DNA of 40,475 nt from a virus (IMGVR_UViG_2660237933_000004); one strand, 5' to 3'. Positions 29,459 to 39,031 are shown, counted from the first letter of the stretch. The notes: a model not told the origin generated them from the sequence alone. Made by a program: numbers and translations.

Positions 29459-30384
29459 AAATCCACCCCGTAAATCCAGTCAGTGTTTGTCAGGTCGAGT
29501 TTTGGTTTGCTGGCTGTCACGCCTGCCTGTTGCTTGTTACGGTTGATTTCGAGCTGGGTCCACTTGTCGCGGAGTTTGGCCGGACTCAGCACGTTACCGG
29601 ACCAGAAGTTGTCCTGGCATGCCCAGCGGAACAGCACGCACATGTCGCGGTGGTTACGTCCGTCACGTTCACGCATCAGGCGGATATCGTTAGCCCACCC
29701 TGCAAAATTCGGTTTTCTGGCTGATGGCGCGATGGTCTTCACCATGTCAAACATCCACTCTGCGGCGGTCAGGTCTTCTGCTGTCCCCCACTTGCTGCCG
29801 CTCTGAATTGCAGCATCTGGTTTCACCACAGGAAGATCGTTTTCTGGTTGGTCAGAGGATTCGCCAGAATTCTCGGACGAAAAAGGTTTTATATTGTCTT
29901 TTGTTAGTTTGTCTTTTGTGTTTACCTGATTCGGGTAAACGCCTTTACCTGATTTGGGTAAACTTTTCTTACCTGATTCAGGTAAATTTACCTCTTTCAG
30001 GTAAACTTTATTTTTCTTACCTGATTCGGGTAATGTTGACCATTCACTGACCACATTATTAATACCGATATTCCGCCCGCTCTGAATCAAAATCCCACGC
30101 TTTACCAGAACACTTTTTGCAGCAGAACACTTGTGCGGCAATATCCCGGTCAACTCGGAAAGTTGCTCGTTGCTCACCCAATCCAGTTTTTTATTAAAGC
30201 CATATGTTTTGCGCATGACAGCCAGGAAGACCAGAAGCTGGTGCTGTGTTAATCCGGCCAGCATCACAGCTTCCAGCAACTCATTTGCAATGCGCGTATA
30301 ACCATCATCGAGATCTGCCACGCGCGGCTCCTTTTGTGCCGCATCCGGCACTGGAAAATTGAATATCTCAGCAGTGTTTGCCAT
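29455..30384 (-). CDS. O: Replication initiator O
   Basis: Lambda O-like N-terminus (VADLDDGY), iterons inside the gene, and O C-terminus; start chosen at MANTAEIF with GGGAGGA RBS, upstream of which the ORF track extends. Confidence 0.85.
   Translation of the reverse strand: MANTAEIFNFPVPDAAQKEPRVADLDDGYTRIANELLEAVMLAGLTQHQLLVFLAVMRKTYGFNKKLDWVSNEQLSELTGILPHKCSAAKSVLVKRGILIQSGRNIGINNVVSEWSTLPESGKKNKVYLKEVNLPESGKKSLPKSGKGVYPNQVNTKDKLTKDNIKPFSSENSGESSDQPENDLPVVKPDAAIQSGSKWGTAEDLTAAEWMFDMVKTIAPSARKPNFAGWANDIRLMRERDGRNHRDMCVLFRWACQDNFWSGNVLSPAKLRDKWTQLEINRNKQQAGVTASKPKLDLTNTDWIYGVDL
29923..30033. repeat. Replication origin iterons (O-binding sites), five 18-bp direct repeats
   Basis: TACCTGATTCGGGTAAAC-like units at 29923, 29946, 29969, 29987, 30016 within the O coding region. 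Confidence 0.7.
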
Positions 30385-30470
30385 AATTCCTCCCGCAATG
30401 AGTGTGTTACGATTTGCACCTGAAAGTCGGTTCTGTTCCCGCAGACCGACTTTCGCCATTTTTGAACCTG

Positions 30471-31010
30471 TCATATTGCCCCCAGCATGGTGGTGACCAT
30501 CGCCATCAATGGACCAGCCAGATCCGGGTCCACTCGAAACATCGACACAATGCCTTCACTCATCTCCTTCAGTTTCTGGTGGCGTGGTGCGTTGAGAATG
30601 ACAGCCTGTTTTGCCTCACTGAGTTCCTTTTCCATTTCAGCCAACCTAGCCATAAAGCTATCCTGCTCAACCAGGTAACCGCGATATTCCAGCGGTAGTA
30701 CCGCCAGAATTGCCGGGGTCAGTTCACGCACGTTATTTCGGTATTTTTCAGAATCGAATTTGTTATCGAGGAAGCGGAACAGCTTCTGGCGTGCACGGCT
30801 GACATCATCAGGGAAATCGATGGTGCCGCCGCCCTGCTCCCGATACTCATTCACAATGAGTGCGGCAACAACATCCTGATTATCTGCAGCCGACCAGGCG
30901 CGGACGGCATCACGGATTTTTTCGTGGCCTGGAGCTTGTTTTGTTTGAGAACGATTTATCACCGCAGTCGGGCTAAATCCGCTAGTCTGTTGGTATGTAA
31001 GTGGTTGCAT
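30471..31010 (-). CDS. YdaT-like protein in cII position
   Basis: 179 aa; EYREQGGG and TPAILAVLP segments resemble Rac YdaT from memory; follows a Cro/YdaS-type regulator. Confidence 0.45.
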   Translation of the reverse strand: MQPLTYQQTSGFSPTAVINRSQTKQAPGHEKIRDAVRAWSAADNQDVVAALIVNEYREQGGGTIDFPDDVSRARQKLFRFLDNKFDSEKYRNNVRELTPAILAVLPLEYRGYLVEQDSFMARLAEMEKELSEAKQAVILNAPRHQKLKEMSEGIVSMFRVDPDLAGPLMAMVTTMLGAI

Positions 31011-31079
31011 AATTGACTCCTTTAGTTTGAATTGACTGTTAAGTTGATTGCTTATTGTTAAAGAGCGTGAAATGGAAAT

Positions 31080-31310
31080 TTAAGCTGCGTTCTTTTCGGT
31101 GTGTGGAAACAACTTCGGAAGATCCGGGCGAATCTGGTATGCCTTCACTACTCCACCAGTAGCCGTAACAATGCTGCCGACATGTTCAGGGGATACCTTT
31201 GCTTTGTTGTGAAGCCACTTATAGACGGCCTGCTGTGAAACTTCGCAGGCAGCGCCCAGTTTCTTTTGTGAACCAACGATATTGATCGCTGTTTTGATAG
31301 CTGGGTTCAT
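31080..31310 (-). CDS. cro: Cro-like repressor (YdaS-type HTH)
   Basis: 76 aa; helix-turn-helix (QKKLGAACEVSQQAVYKW); divergent from cI across a 104-bp operator region. Confidence 0.65.
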   Translation of the reverse strand: MNPAIKTAINIVGSQKKLGAACEVSQQAVYKWLHNKAKVSPEHVGSIVTATGGVVKAYQIRPDLPKLFPHTEKNAA

Positions 31311-31350
31311 AACAACCTCCGTGGTTAATTTGAATCAAGATTAAAACTGT

Positions 31351-31371
31351 GGTTGTTTTTAGTCAACAACC
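31351..31371. promoter_or_regulatory. Candidate OR operator palindrome
   Basis: GGTTGTT-TTTAGTC-AACAACC perfect 7-bp inverted repeat between cro and cI; the same GTTGTT/AACAAC hexamers recur at the pL region. Confidence 0.35.
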
Positions 31372-31414
31372 ATTTTCGTTTGATGGAATAAAACCTTGGT
31401 TGTACATTTGGACT

Positions 31415-32104
31415 ATGAAAACAACACTCTCAGAAAGACTTAAAGAAGCCAGATTAGCGCGAGGCCTTACACAAAAGGCGCTTGGGGATTTGGTCGGGGT
31501 TAGCCAAGCTGCTATTCAGAAAATCGAAACAGGGAAAGCTAACCAAACAACTAAAATCGTGGAGATCGCGAACGCTTTGGGTGTGCGCGCAGAATGGTTA
31601 TCTTCTGGCGTTGGAAATATGTCAGACAGTACAGTGCAACCAATACCATCAACTGTCAGCCATTCCAAATACTTTAAGATTGACGTTCTTGATATAGAAG
31701 TGAGTGCCGGGCCGGGAGTCATCAACCGTGAGTTTGTAGAAGTTCTACGCTCGGTTGAGTACTCGTTTGACGATGCTCGTCACATGTTCGATGGTAGGAA
31801 GGCAGAAAATATCCGCATCATTAACGTACGCGGTGACAGCATGTCAGGAACGATCGAACCAGGTGATCTGCTGTTCGTTGATATCACGGTTAAATCTTTC
31901 GACGGTGATGGTATCTATGCGTTTCTGTATGACGACACCGCCCATGTAAAGCGCCTGCAAATGATGAAGGATAAGCTACTGGTTATCTCTGATAACAAGA
32001 GCTACTCGCCGTGGGACCCAATTGAGAAAGACGAGATGAACCGGGTATTCATCTTCGGTAAGGTTATTGGGAGCATGCCGCAGACATACAGGAAGCATGG
32101 GTAA
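31415..32104 (+). CDS. cI: CI-type prophage repressor (HTH plus S24 LexA-like autopeptidase domain)
   Basis: 229 aa from MKTTLSERLKEARLARGLTQKALGD; C-terminal GDSMSGTIEPGDLLFVD Ser nucleophile motif and a downstream Lys. Confidence 0.85.
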   Translation: MKTTLSERLKEARLARGLTQKALGDLVGVSQAAIQKIETGKANQTTKIVEIANALGVRAEWLSSGVGNMSDSTVQPIPSTVSHSKYFKIDVLDIEVSAGPGVINREFVEVLRSVEYSFDDARHMFDGRKAENIRIINVRGDSMSGTIEPGDLLFVDITVKSFDGDGIYAFLYDDTAHVKRLQMMKDKLLVISDNKSYSPWDPIEKDEMNRVFIFGKVIGSMPQTYRKHG

Positions 32105-32183
32105 CTACCGAATCGAATACTATAACTACGTAAAAAGACTATACATATCAACATTTTTTCTTTGATACATAGATGGAATAGCA

Positions 32184-33029
32184 ATGAAGCTTAACTTTTA
32201 TGCCGTATACATTCAAAATACTAGCTCTCTGAAAAAACAACCTATAGATTTATTGTCATTTCTGACAGAGCAGGTAATAAACGCTAAGAATCATGCTCAG
32301 CAGATTGAAGACTACTATGTTTTTGCACATCATATAATTAATGATAGTTTTATCCTGACAAAAACATTTGATTCAGAACTAGTTAAAAAAATCAATAGAA
32401 AAACACTTTCGGTTGATGAAATAAGAAATGCGCTTAGTTCAGATGAGTCATTAGGATTCCCATCATTTTTATTAATAAGAAAAAATATTATCGGATATGC
32501 AAATACATTATTCGGCCCAAAAACTCGTGATCTTGCAGCTTACCTAAAAGGAAAGGGAGCAATACCTGATGGATACTCACTATTCATAGAACCTTTGATG
32601 AGAGATATAACAAAGGATGATGCTTTAAGCATGCAGTTTATAGGAAGAACAACGGTAAGGGTTGAAAATGGGTCAAAACTTCTCAGCCCCCTACTTAGAG
32701 TGCTTGGTGCACAAGCAGTTGACGAAGAGCTCTTAGAAGGACTGGAAATAACCGTGAAGCCTAAACGTTTACGAAATATAAAATCTGTTGCCAAAGGGAT
32801 TATTAGCAATGTGGATGAACAACATGAGAGCATTCACCTGAAGGGTAAAGAACAAGCTGCAGATATTCTTACAGAATATTATCTTTCTGACAAAGGCCAC
32901 ATTGGAGCAAATATCTATAAATCATCGAATGAAGACATAGCATCCGAAATGTCAACTTGCTATCTCAGGATGAAATTGATTATAATGGAAAGTTATAATA
33001 GAACATTTGGAGATGAGTTACCACTATAA
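32184..33029 (+). CDS. rexA: RexA-like abortive-infection protein
   Basis: 281 aa directly downstream of cI; conserved segments ESLGFPSF, IEPLMR..TKDD, FIGRTTVRVE, ILTEYYLSDKGH match lambda RexA from memory; AT-rich. Confidence 0.7.
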   Translation: MKLNFYAVYIQNTSSLKKQPIDLLSFLTEQVINAKNHAQQIEDYYVFAHHIINDSFILTKTFDSELVKKINRKTLSVDEIRNALSSDESLGFPSFLLIRKNIIGYANTLFGPKTRDLAAYLKGKGAIPDGYSLFIEPLMRDITKDDALSMQFIGRTTVRVENGSKLLSPLLRVLGAQAVDEELLEGLEITVKPKRLRNIKSVAKGIISNVDEQHESIHLKGKEQAADILTEYYLSDKGHIGANIYKSSNEDIASEMSTCYLRMKLIIMESYNRTFGDELPL

Positions 33030-33031
33030 TA

Positions 33032-33487
33032 TTGGGGGGCTATATGAAGTCACGGCACAGGATAGCGCCAGCAATAATACTTTTTCTTTTGCCATTCCCA
33101 ATTATTATAAGTGCGTATTATCTAATCCGCCACATGTTTCCGGGTATGGCTTTTAGCGAGCACAGAGATGCGCTGGGTGGCGCTATTGCCGCTTATTCTG
33201 GTACTACAATTGCGATACTTATAGCCGCTTTAACATTTCTGATGGGGCTGGGAGGCAGGAATATTCGCAAATTGAAAACATATGGCTATATGACATCAAT
33301 CATAATCATGTATGGATTAACTTTTTGCGAGCTAGGAGTACTTTTCTTTAATGGCTTGTTTTTACTTGCAACAAGTAAAAATCCTATACTAATGCTACCA
33401 TCAATCGCTATTGGTTTATCAGGTACGTCACTAATCCATATTGGCATGCTCCTGATGCAATTACTTAATCTGTCAAAACATAAGTAA
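33032..33487 (+). CDS. rexB: RexB-like membrane protein
   Basis: 151 aa, four hydrophobic helices; FSEHRDALG...TIAILIAALTFL...YGYMTS closely matches lambda RexB from memory. Confidence 0.7.
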   Translation: MGGYMKSRHRIAPAIILFLLPFPIIISAYYLIRHMFPGMAFSEHRDALGGAIAAYSGTTIAILIAALTFLMGLGGRNIRKLKTYGYMTSIIIMYGLTFCELGVLFFNGLFLLATSKNPILMLPSIAIGLSGTSLIHIGMLLMQLLNLSKHK

Positions 33488-33512
33488 CCCGGCCTTGCCG
33501 GGTTTTCTTTTG
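33487..33512 (+). terminator. Intrinsic terminator after rexB
   Basis: ACCCGGC-CTTG-CCGGGT hairpin followed by TTTTCTTTT directly after the rexB stop codon. Confidence 0.6.
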
Positions 33513-33638
33513 CCTCCCCTCATCACACAAACCGTTCGAAAAACCACCATAACCCCCGCTTCAGTTATCGCTATGCGATGCAAGTCACAAAATAAATCCA
33601 TCCTAAATACAACCAGTTATATCTAAAACAACCAATAA

Positions 33639-33681
33639 AACAACTTTTGTTGTTGACGATAAAACAACTATAGTTTTAAAT
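33639..33681 (+). promoter_or_regulatory. Candidate pL promoter with overlapping operator
   Basis: 16-bp perfect palindrome AACAACTTTTGTTGTT (33639-33654) overlapping TTGACG (33653-33658), 17-bp spacer, TTAAAT (33676-33681). Confidence 0.4.
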
Positions 33682-33879
33682 GAATTCATCGCAACAACAC
33701 AACGATACGGCAATCACCTGATTCACCGTTGCGATGACCGCTTAGATCCGCAGCTTGAATTTCAGCAGGCTCCGGGGAGTGCGAGGGGTGAAGCGGACGC
33801 GTGAACGTCGGTGTGACCAGCTGAAATCAACCCAACTCAACACCTCATACCTCAGTCGCTTCAACGAGGCGGCTTAGTT

Positions 33880-34170
33880 ATGACAACCGGCGGCCATCCA
33901 CCGCCTGAATACGCGCAGAAGTCTCTATATGTTCAGCAGCCCAGCTTACGGGCAGGAGTTTTTATGGTTCATCAACATTACGGAACGCAGACCGTTAATC
34001 GAGGTGCGGTCATGCCAGGAATGCTGGTCAAACACAAAGATGGTACCTGGACTGCATCAGCTAATTTACGCGGACGGCTTTATCTGCATCGCGGCATCGA
34101 GCGCACTTATACCCGTGATTTGCTCGTAGAAGTTTTTCTCGACGGACGCGGTAACGGCCTGAATCACTAA
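33880..34170 (+). CDS. Hypothetical protein in the kil/cIII position (first ORF of the pL operon)
   Basis: 96 aa ORF upstream of gam; no arginine-rich N-type motif; start codon uncertain. Confidence 0.3.
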   Translation: MTTGGHPPPEYAQKSLYVQQPSLRAGVFMVHQHYGTQTVNRGAVMPGMLVKHKDGTWTASANLRGRLYLHRGIERTYTRDLLVEVFLDGRGNGLNH

Positions 34171-34246
34171 CCCCCCTTTCCTGTTTTCCTAATCAGCCTG
34201 GCATTTCGCGGGCGATATTTTCACAGCCATTTTCAGGAGTTCAGCC

Positions 34247-34543
34247 ATGAACGCTTATTACATTCAGGATCGTCTTGAGGCTCAGAGCTGGGCGCGTCAC
34301 TACCAGCAGATCGCCCGTGAAGAGAAAGAGGCAGAACTGGCAGACGACATGGAAAAAGGCCTGCCCCAGCACCTGTTTGAATCGCTATGCATCGATCATT
34401 TGCAACGCCACGGGGCCAGCAAAAAAGCCATTACCCGTGCGTTTGATGACGATGTTGAGTTTCAGGAGCGCATGGCAGAACACATCCGGTACATGGTTGA
34501 AACCATTGCTCACCACCAGGTTGATATTGATTCAGAGGTATAA
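34247..34543 (+). CDS. gam: Gam (RecBCD inhibitor), short form
   Basis: 98 aa, near-identical to the C-terminal 98 residues of lambda Gam; an in-frame stop at 34190 excludes the long form. Confidence 0.9.
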   Translation: MNAYYIQDRLEAQSWARHYQQIAREEKEAELADDMEKGLPQHLFESLCIDHLQRHGASKKAITRAFDDDVEFQERMAEHIRYMVETIAHHQVDIDSEV

Positions 34544-34548
34544 AACGG

Positions 34549-35334
34549 ATGAGTACAGCACTCGCAACGCTGGCAGGGAAGCTGGCTGAACGTGTCGGCA
34601 TGGATTCTGTCGACCCACAGGAACTGATCACCACTCTTCGCCAGACAGCATTTAAAGGCGATGCCAGCGATGCGCAGTTCATCGCATTGTTGATCGTCGC
34701 CAACCAGTACGGCCTTAATCCGTGGACGAAAGAAATTTACGCCTTCCCTGATAAGCAGAACGGCATTGTTCCGGTGGTGGGCGTTGATGGCTGGTCCCGC
34801 ATCATCAATGAAAACCAGCAGTTTGATGGCATGGACTTTGAGCAGGACAATGAATCCTGTACATGCCGGATTTACCGCAAGGACCGTAATCATCCGATCT
34901 GCGTTACCGAATGGATGGATGAATGCCGCCGCGAACCATTCAAAACCCGCGAAGGCAGAGAAATCACGGGGCCGTGGCAGTCGCATCCCAAACGGATGTT
35001 ACGGCATAAAGCCATGATTCAGTGTGCCCGTCTGGCCTTCGGATTTGCTGGTATCTATGACAAGGATGAAGCCGAGCGCATTGTCGAAAATACTGCATAC
35101 ACTGCAGAACGTCAGCCAGAACGCGACATCACTCCGGTTAACGATGAAACCATGCAGGAGATTAACACTCTGCTGATCGCCCTGGATAAAACATGGGATG
35201 AAGACTTATTGCCGCTCTGTTCCCAGATATTTCGCCGCGACATTCGCGCATCGTCAGAACTGACACAGGCCGAAGCAGTGAAAGCTCTTGGATTCCTGAA
35301 ACAGAAAGCCACTGAGCAGAAGGTGGCAGCATGA
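34549..35334 (+). CDS. bet: Bet (Red-beta single-strand annealing protein)
   Basis: 261 aa, near-identical to lambda Bet. Confidence 0.9.
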   Translation: MSTALATLAGKLAERVGMDSVDPQELITTLRQTAFKGDASDAQFIALLIVANQYGLNPWTKEIYAFPDKQNGIVPVVGVDGWSRIINENQQFDGMDFEQDNESCTCRIYRKDRNHPICVTEWMDECRREPFKTREGREITGPWQSHPKRMLRHKAMIQCARLAFGFAGIYDKDEAERIVENTAYTAERQPERDITPVNDETMQEINTLLIALDKTWDEDLLPLCSQIFRRDIRASSELTQAEAVKALGFLKQKATEQKVAA

Positions 35335-36011
35335 TACCGGACATTATCCTGCAGCGTACCGGGATCGACGTGAGAGCTGTCGAACAGGGGGATGATGCAT
35401 GGCACAAATTACGGCTCGGCGTCATCACCGCTTCAGAAGTTCACAACGTGATAGCAAAGCCCCGCTCAGGAAAGAAGTGGCCTGACATGAAAATGTCCTA
35501 CTTCCACACCCTGCTGGCTGAGGTTTGCACCGGTGTGGCTCCGGAAGTTAATGCTAAGGCGCTGGCCTGGGGAAAACAGTACGAGAACGACGCCAGAACC
35601 CTGTTTGAATTCACTTCCGGCGTGAATATTACTGAATCCCCGATCATCTATCGCGACGAAAGTATGCGCACCGCCTGCTCTCCCGATGGTTTATGCAGTG
35701 ACGGCAACGGCCTTGAACTGAAATGCCCGTTTACCTCCCGGGATTTCATGAAATTCCGGCTCGGTGGTTTCGAGGCAATAAAATCGGCTTACATGGCCCA
35801 GGTGCAGTACAGCATGTGGGTGACGCGAAAAGATGCCTGGTACTTTGCCAACTATGACCCGCGCATGAAGCGTGAAGGCCTGCATTATGTCGTGATTGAG
35901 CGGAATGAAAAGTACATGGCGAGTTTTGACGAGATGGTGCCGGAGTTCATCGAAAAAATGGACGAGGCACTGGCTGAAATTGGTTTTGTATTTGGGGAGC
36001 AATGGCGATGA
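35331..36011 (+). CDS. exo: Exo (Red-alpha 5'-3' exonuclease)
   Basis: 226 aa, near-identical to lambda exonuclease. Confidence 0.9.
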   Translation: MIPDIILQRTGIDVRAVEQGDDAWHKLRLGVITASEVHNVIAKPRSGKKWPDMKMSYFHTLLAEVCTGVAPEVNAKALAWGKQYENDARTLFEFTSGVNITESPIIYRDESMRTACSPDGLCSDGNGLELKCPFTSRDFMKFRLGGFEAIKSAYMAQVQYSMWVTRKDAWYFANYDPRMKREGLHYVVIERNEKYMASFDEMVPEFIEKMDEALAEIGFVFGEQWR

Positions 36012-36166
36012 AGCATCCTCGCGATAATATCCGGGTAGGCGCGATCACTTACATCTACTCCGTTACAAAGCGAGGCTGGGTATTTCCCGGCCTTTCTGTT
36101 ATCAGAAATCCACTGAAAGCACAGCGGCTGGCTGAGGAGATAAATAATAAACGGGGGGCTGTATGA
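36008..36166 (+). CDS. Hypothetical small protein (52 aa), translationally coupled
   Basis: ATG overlaps exo stop (ATGA); stop overlaps the methyltransferase start; manual translation [19 protein letters not shown]... Confidence 0.3.
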   Translation: MKHPRDNIRVGAITYIYSVTKRGWVFPGLSVIRNPLKAQRLAEEINNKRGAV

Positions 36167-36720
36167 CTGATTTCACCGGAAGCAATACTCCTGCCGAACA
36201 TCGCGACAGCTGGCGCACACCACCAGAGATTTTTGCTGCGCTTAATGCAGAGTTCGTTTTTCAACTTGATGCTGCAGCCAGCGAAAAAAACCGACTATGT
36301 CGGCTTTTTATCTCACAGGAGCAGAACACATTAACCACTTCATGGCCTGAAGCAATGGGATATGCCTCTGGTTATGTCTGGTTGAATCCACCATACAGCA
36401 ATATTTCCCCTTTTGTGAAAAAGGCAGCCACTGAAAACAAATTCAGTAGTGTGGGATGTGTAATGTTATTGCCTGCTGACACATCTGTCGGATGGTTTCA
36501 TGAAGCGATACAAACCGCCAGTGAGGTCAGATTCATCACGGCAGGACGACTGGCATTTATTAACCCACTCACCGGGAAACCCGTCAGTGGAAATAATAAA
36601 GGCTCGATGCTCATTATCTGGCACCCATACCCCCGTACACACTGCCACTTTACGACCGTTGATCGTGGAGAGTTGATGGCGTTCGGCTCAAGGATTCTTG
36701 CCCGTCGGGAGGCTGCATGA
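36163..36720 (+). CDS. Phage N6-adenine DNA methyltransferase (Dam-like, orphan)
   Basis: 185 aa; NPPY catalytic motif (WLNPPYSNISPF) and WRTPPEIFAALNAEF N-terminal region typical of the phage Dam family. Confidence 0.8.
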   Translation: MTDFTGSNTPAEHRDSWRTPPEIFAALNAEFVFQLDAAASEKNRLCRLFISQEQNTLTTSWPEAMGYASGYVWLNPPYSNISPFVKKAATENKFSSVGCVMLLPADTSVGWFHEAIQTASEVRFITAGRLAFINPLTGKPVSGNNKGSMLIIWHPYPRTHCHFTTVDRGELMAFGSRILARREAA

Positions 36721-36796
36721 CAACCACGGAATGCATTTTTCTGGCAGCGGGCTTCATATTCTGTGTGCTTATGCTTGCCGACATGGGACTTGTTCA

Positions 36797-37012
36797 ATGA
36801 CACCTCAGCAGGAAAACGCCCTTCGCAGCATAGCCCGTCAGGCTAATTCTGAAATCAAAAAAGCCAGACAGCAGTTTCCGGATAAAAACGTCGATGACAT
36901 TTGCCGTAGCGTACTAAAGAAGCACCGCGAAACGGTAACGCTGATGGGATTCACACCGACTCATTTAAGCCTGGCGATCGGCATGTTAAACGGCGTCTTT
37001 AAGGAACGGTGA
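36797..37012 (+). CDS. Hypothetical protein (71 aa)
   Basis: ORF from MTPQQENALRSIARQ; start chosen at internal ATG of a longer track ORF that overlaps the methyltransferase. Confidence 0.3.
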   Translation: MTPQQENALRSIARQANSEIKKARQQFPDKNVDDICRSVLKKHRETVTLMGFTPTHLSLAIGMLNGVFKER

Positions 37013-37110
37013 ACATGAAAAGCAAAATCATCAGGGAGCTACAGGCTCCTTTTTTATTGTTCGCATTCATCCTCAAGCGTATTAACCAACAATTCAGGGA
37101 TTAATGGAAG

Positions 37111-37329
37111 ATGGCAGACATCATTGATTCAGCATCAGAAATCGAAGAATTACAGCGCAATACAGCAATAAAAATGCGTCGTCTGAACCACCTGGCTATA
37201 TCTGCCACTCATTGTTGTAAGTGTGGCGATCCCATAGATGAACGAAGACGCCTGGCTGTTCAGGGTTGTCGGACTTGTGCAAGTTGCCAGGAGGAGATCG
37301 AACTTAAGAACAAACAATGGGGATTGTGA
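37111..37329 (+). CDS. TraR/DksA-family C4 zinc-finger protein
   Basis: 72 aa with CCKCG...CRTCASC four-Cys motif; common in the pL operon of lambdoid phages. Confidence 0.65.
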   Translation: MADIIDSASEIEELQRNTAIKMRRLNHLAISATHCCKCGDPIDERRRLAVQGCRTCASCQEEIELKNKQWGL

Positions 37330-37376
37330 TGGCCTCAAAGCAGCAAATTTCAACATCGTCCAACTGAGGTGTAAAA

Positions 37377-37655
37377 ATGTTCAGAATCATTTTTCCTAAC
37401 ACCTGGTACGTCGACCACCACGGCACTCCCTGCAAAATCCTGCGTTCTACCCACAACAAAGTTCACTACATCCGAAAAGGCAGAACATGTATCGCCAGCA
37501 TGTTCCGCTTTAATCATGACTTTGAACCTGTGAATAAAGCTGATGCAGATCGGATAGCAGAAGAGATCGAAACGGCAGAACACATTAAGAAGTTACGTGA
37601 CATGCGTTCAAAAAGCAGAGGTAACCATGGAATCATACAGCCTCACACTCGATGA
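37377..37655 (+). CDS. Hypothetical protein
   Basis: 92 aa ORF upstream of xis; 3' end overlaps xis start. Confidence 0.3.
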   Translation: MFRIIFPNTWYVDHHGTPCKILRSTHNKVHYIRKGRTCIASMFRFNHDFEPVNKADADRIAEEIETAEHIKKLRDMRSKSRGNHGIIQPHTR

Positions 37656-37977
37656 GGCCTGTCAGTTTCTCAAGATATCCAGACCTACCGCTACCAACTG
37701 GATACGAACAGGCCGCCTACAGGCAACACGCAAAGACCCCACTAAACTAAAATCTCCTTACCTCACAACACGACAAGCCTGCATTGCGGCGCTTCAGTCT
37801 CCGCTGCATACTGTCCAGGTGAGCGCGGGTGATGGCATAACAGAGGAAAGAAAATGTCACTCTTCCGCAGAGGTGAAATATGGTACGCCAGTTTCACATT
37901 GCCGAACGGTAAAAGATTTAAACAGTCTCTTGGAACAAAGGACAAAAGGCAGGCGACAGAGCTCCATGACAAGCTAA
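37627..37977 (+). CDS. xis: Excisionase (P22-type)
   Basis: 116 aa from [31 protein letters not shown] (AlpA/Xis-type HTH); immediately upstream of and overlapping int. Confidence 0.7.
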   Translation: MESYSLTLDEACQFLKISRPTATNWIRTGRLQATRKDPTKLKSPYLTTRQACIAALQSPLHTVQVSAGDGITEERKCHSSAEVKYGTPVSHCRTVKDLNSLLEQRTKGRRQSSMTS

Positions 37978-39017
37978 AGGCTGAAGCATGGCGGGTCAGC
38001 AAACTTGGTGAAATACCTGATATGACGTTCGAGGAGGCGTGTATCAGGTGGCTCGAAGAGAAAGCACATAAAAAATCACTGGACGATGACAAAAGCCGGA
38101 TCGGATTCTGGCTTCAACATTTCGCAGGGATGCAACTAAGAGACATCACTGAATCAAAAATTTATTCAGCAATGCAGAAAATGACGAACCGGCGTCATGA
38201 GGAAAACTGGAAACTCAGGGCAGAAGCATGCAGAAAAAAAGGGAAACCTGTTCCAGAATACACGCCAAAACCAGCGTCCGTTGCAACGAAGGCTACGCAT
38301 CTTTCATTTATAAAGGCCCTGCTAAGAGCCGCAGAGCGTGAATGGAAAATGCTGGATAAGGCACCAATTATTAAAGTGCCTCAACCAAAGAATAAACGGA
38401 TCCGCTGGCTGGAGCCCCATGAAGCACAAAGGCTGATTGATGAATGTCCGGAGCCATTAAAGTCTGTTGTTGAATTTGCACTGGCAACAGGCTTAAGACG
38501 CTCGAACATCATCAACCTTGAATGGCAACAAATAGATATGCAGCGCCGGGTGGCATGGATAAACCCGGAAGAGAGTAAATCAAACCGCGCAATTGGCGTT
38601 GCGCTGAATGATACTGCATGTCGCGTATTGAAAAAACAAATCGGGAATCATCACCGTTGGGTATTTGTGTACAAGGAAAGCTGTACCAAACCAGACGGAA
38701 CGAAAGCGCCAACAGTAAGGAAGATGCGGTATGACGCAAACACAGCCTGGAAAGCGGCGCTGAGACGGGCTGGTATTGATGATTTCAGATTTCACGACTT
38801 GAGACACACCTGGGCAAGTTGGCTGGTTCAAGCCGGAGTCCCGTTGTCAGTGTTACAGGAAATGGGAGGCTGGGAGTCTATCGAAATGGTTCGTCGATAT
38901 GCTCACCTTGCACCTAATCACCTTACCGAACACGCACGGCAAATAGACTCGATCCTGAACCCATCGGTCCCAAATTTGTCCCAGTCAAAAAATAAGGAAG
39001 GTACTAATGATGTGTAA
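37854..39017 (+). CDS. int: Tyrosine integrase (P22/SfV-type, thrW-specific)
   Basis: 387 aa; N-terminus [31 protein letters not shown] and catalytic region [10 protein letters not shown]...VRRYAHL; ends 14 bp from the tRNA-Thr 3' end. Confidence 0.9.
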   Translation: MSLFRRGEIWYASFTLPNGKRFKQSLGTKDKRQATELHDKLKAEAWRVSKLGEIPDMTFEEACIRWLEEKAHKKSLDDDKSRIGFWLQHFAGMQLRDITESKIYSAMQKMTNRRHEENWKLRAEACRKKGKPVPEYTPKPASVATKATHLSFIKALLRAAEREWKMLDKAPIIKVPQPKNKRIRWLEPHEAQRLIDECPEPLKSVVEFALATGLRRSNIINLEWQQIDMQRRVAWINPEESKSNRAIGVALNDTACRVLKKQIGNHHRWVFVYKESCTKPDGTKAPTVRKMRYDANTAWKAALRRAGIDDFRFHDLRHTWASWLVQAGVPLSVLQEMGGWESIEMVRRYAHLAPNHLTEHARQIDSILNPSVPNLSQSKNKEGTNDV

Positions 39018-39031
39018 CTTATTGATTTAAA

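Larger units (their letters stand above)
1..39031. mobile_element. Lambdoid mosaic prophage (partial, left end outside window) integrated at tRNA-Thr
   Basis: Continuous phage gene modules (tail, head, lysis, nin, replication, immunity, recombination, int) ending 14 bp from the 3' end of a tRNA-Thr gene; host proA follows. Confidence 0.9.

Noticed and set aside
29923-30033. Short direct repeats considered as a possible CRISPR array
   Set aside because: Repeats are about 18 bp, contiguous without uniform spacers, and lie inside the O coding sequence; they are ori iterons.
33880-34170. 96-aa ORF considered as the N antiterminator
   Set aside because: No arginine-rich N-terminal motif and no resemblance to lambdoid N proteins; kept as a hypothetical protein.
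34190-34246. Long-form Gam start upstream of 34247
   Set aside because: An in-frame stop codon at 34190 prevents an N-terminal extension; only the 98-aa form is encoded.
39018-39031. Search for gtr serotype-conversion genes between int and the tRNA
   Set aside because: Only 14 bp separate int from the tRNA, so no cargo can be located there.
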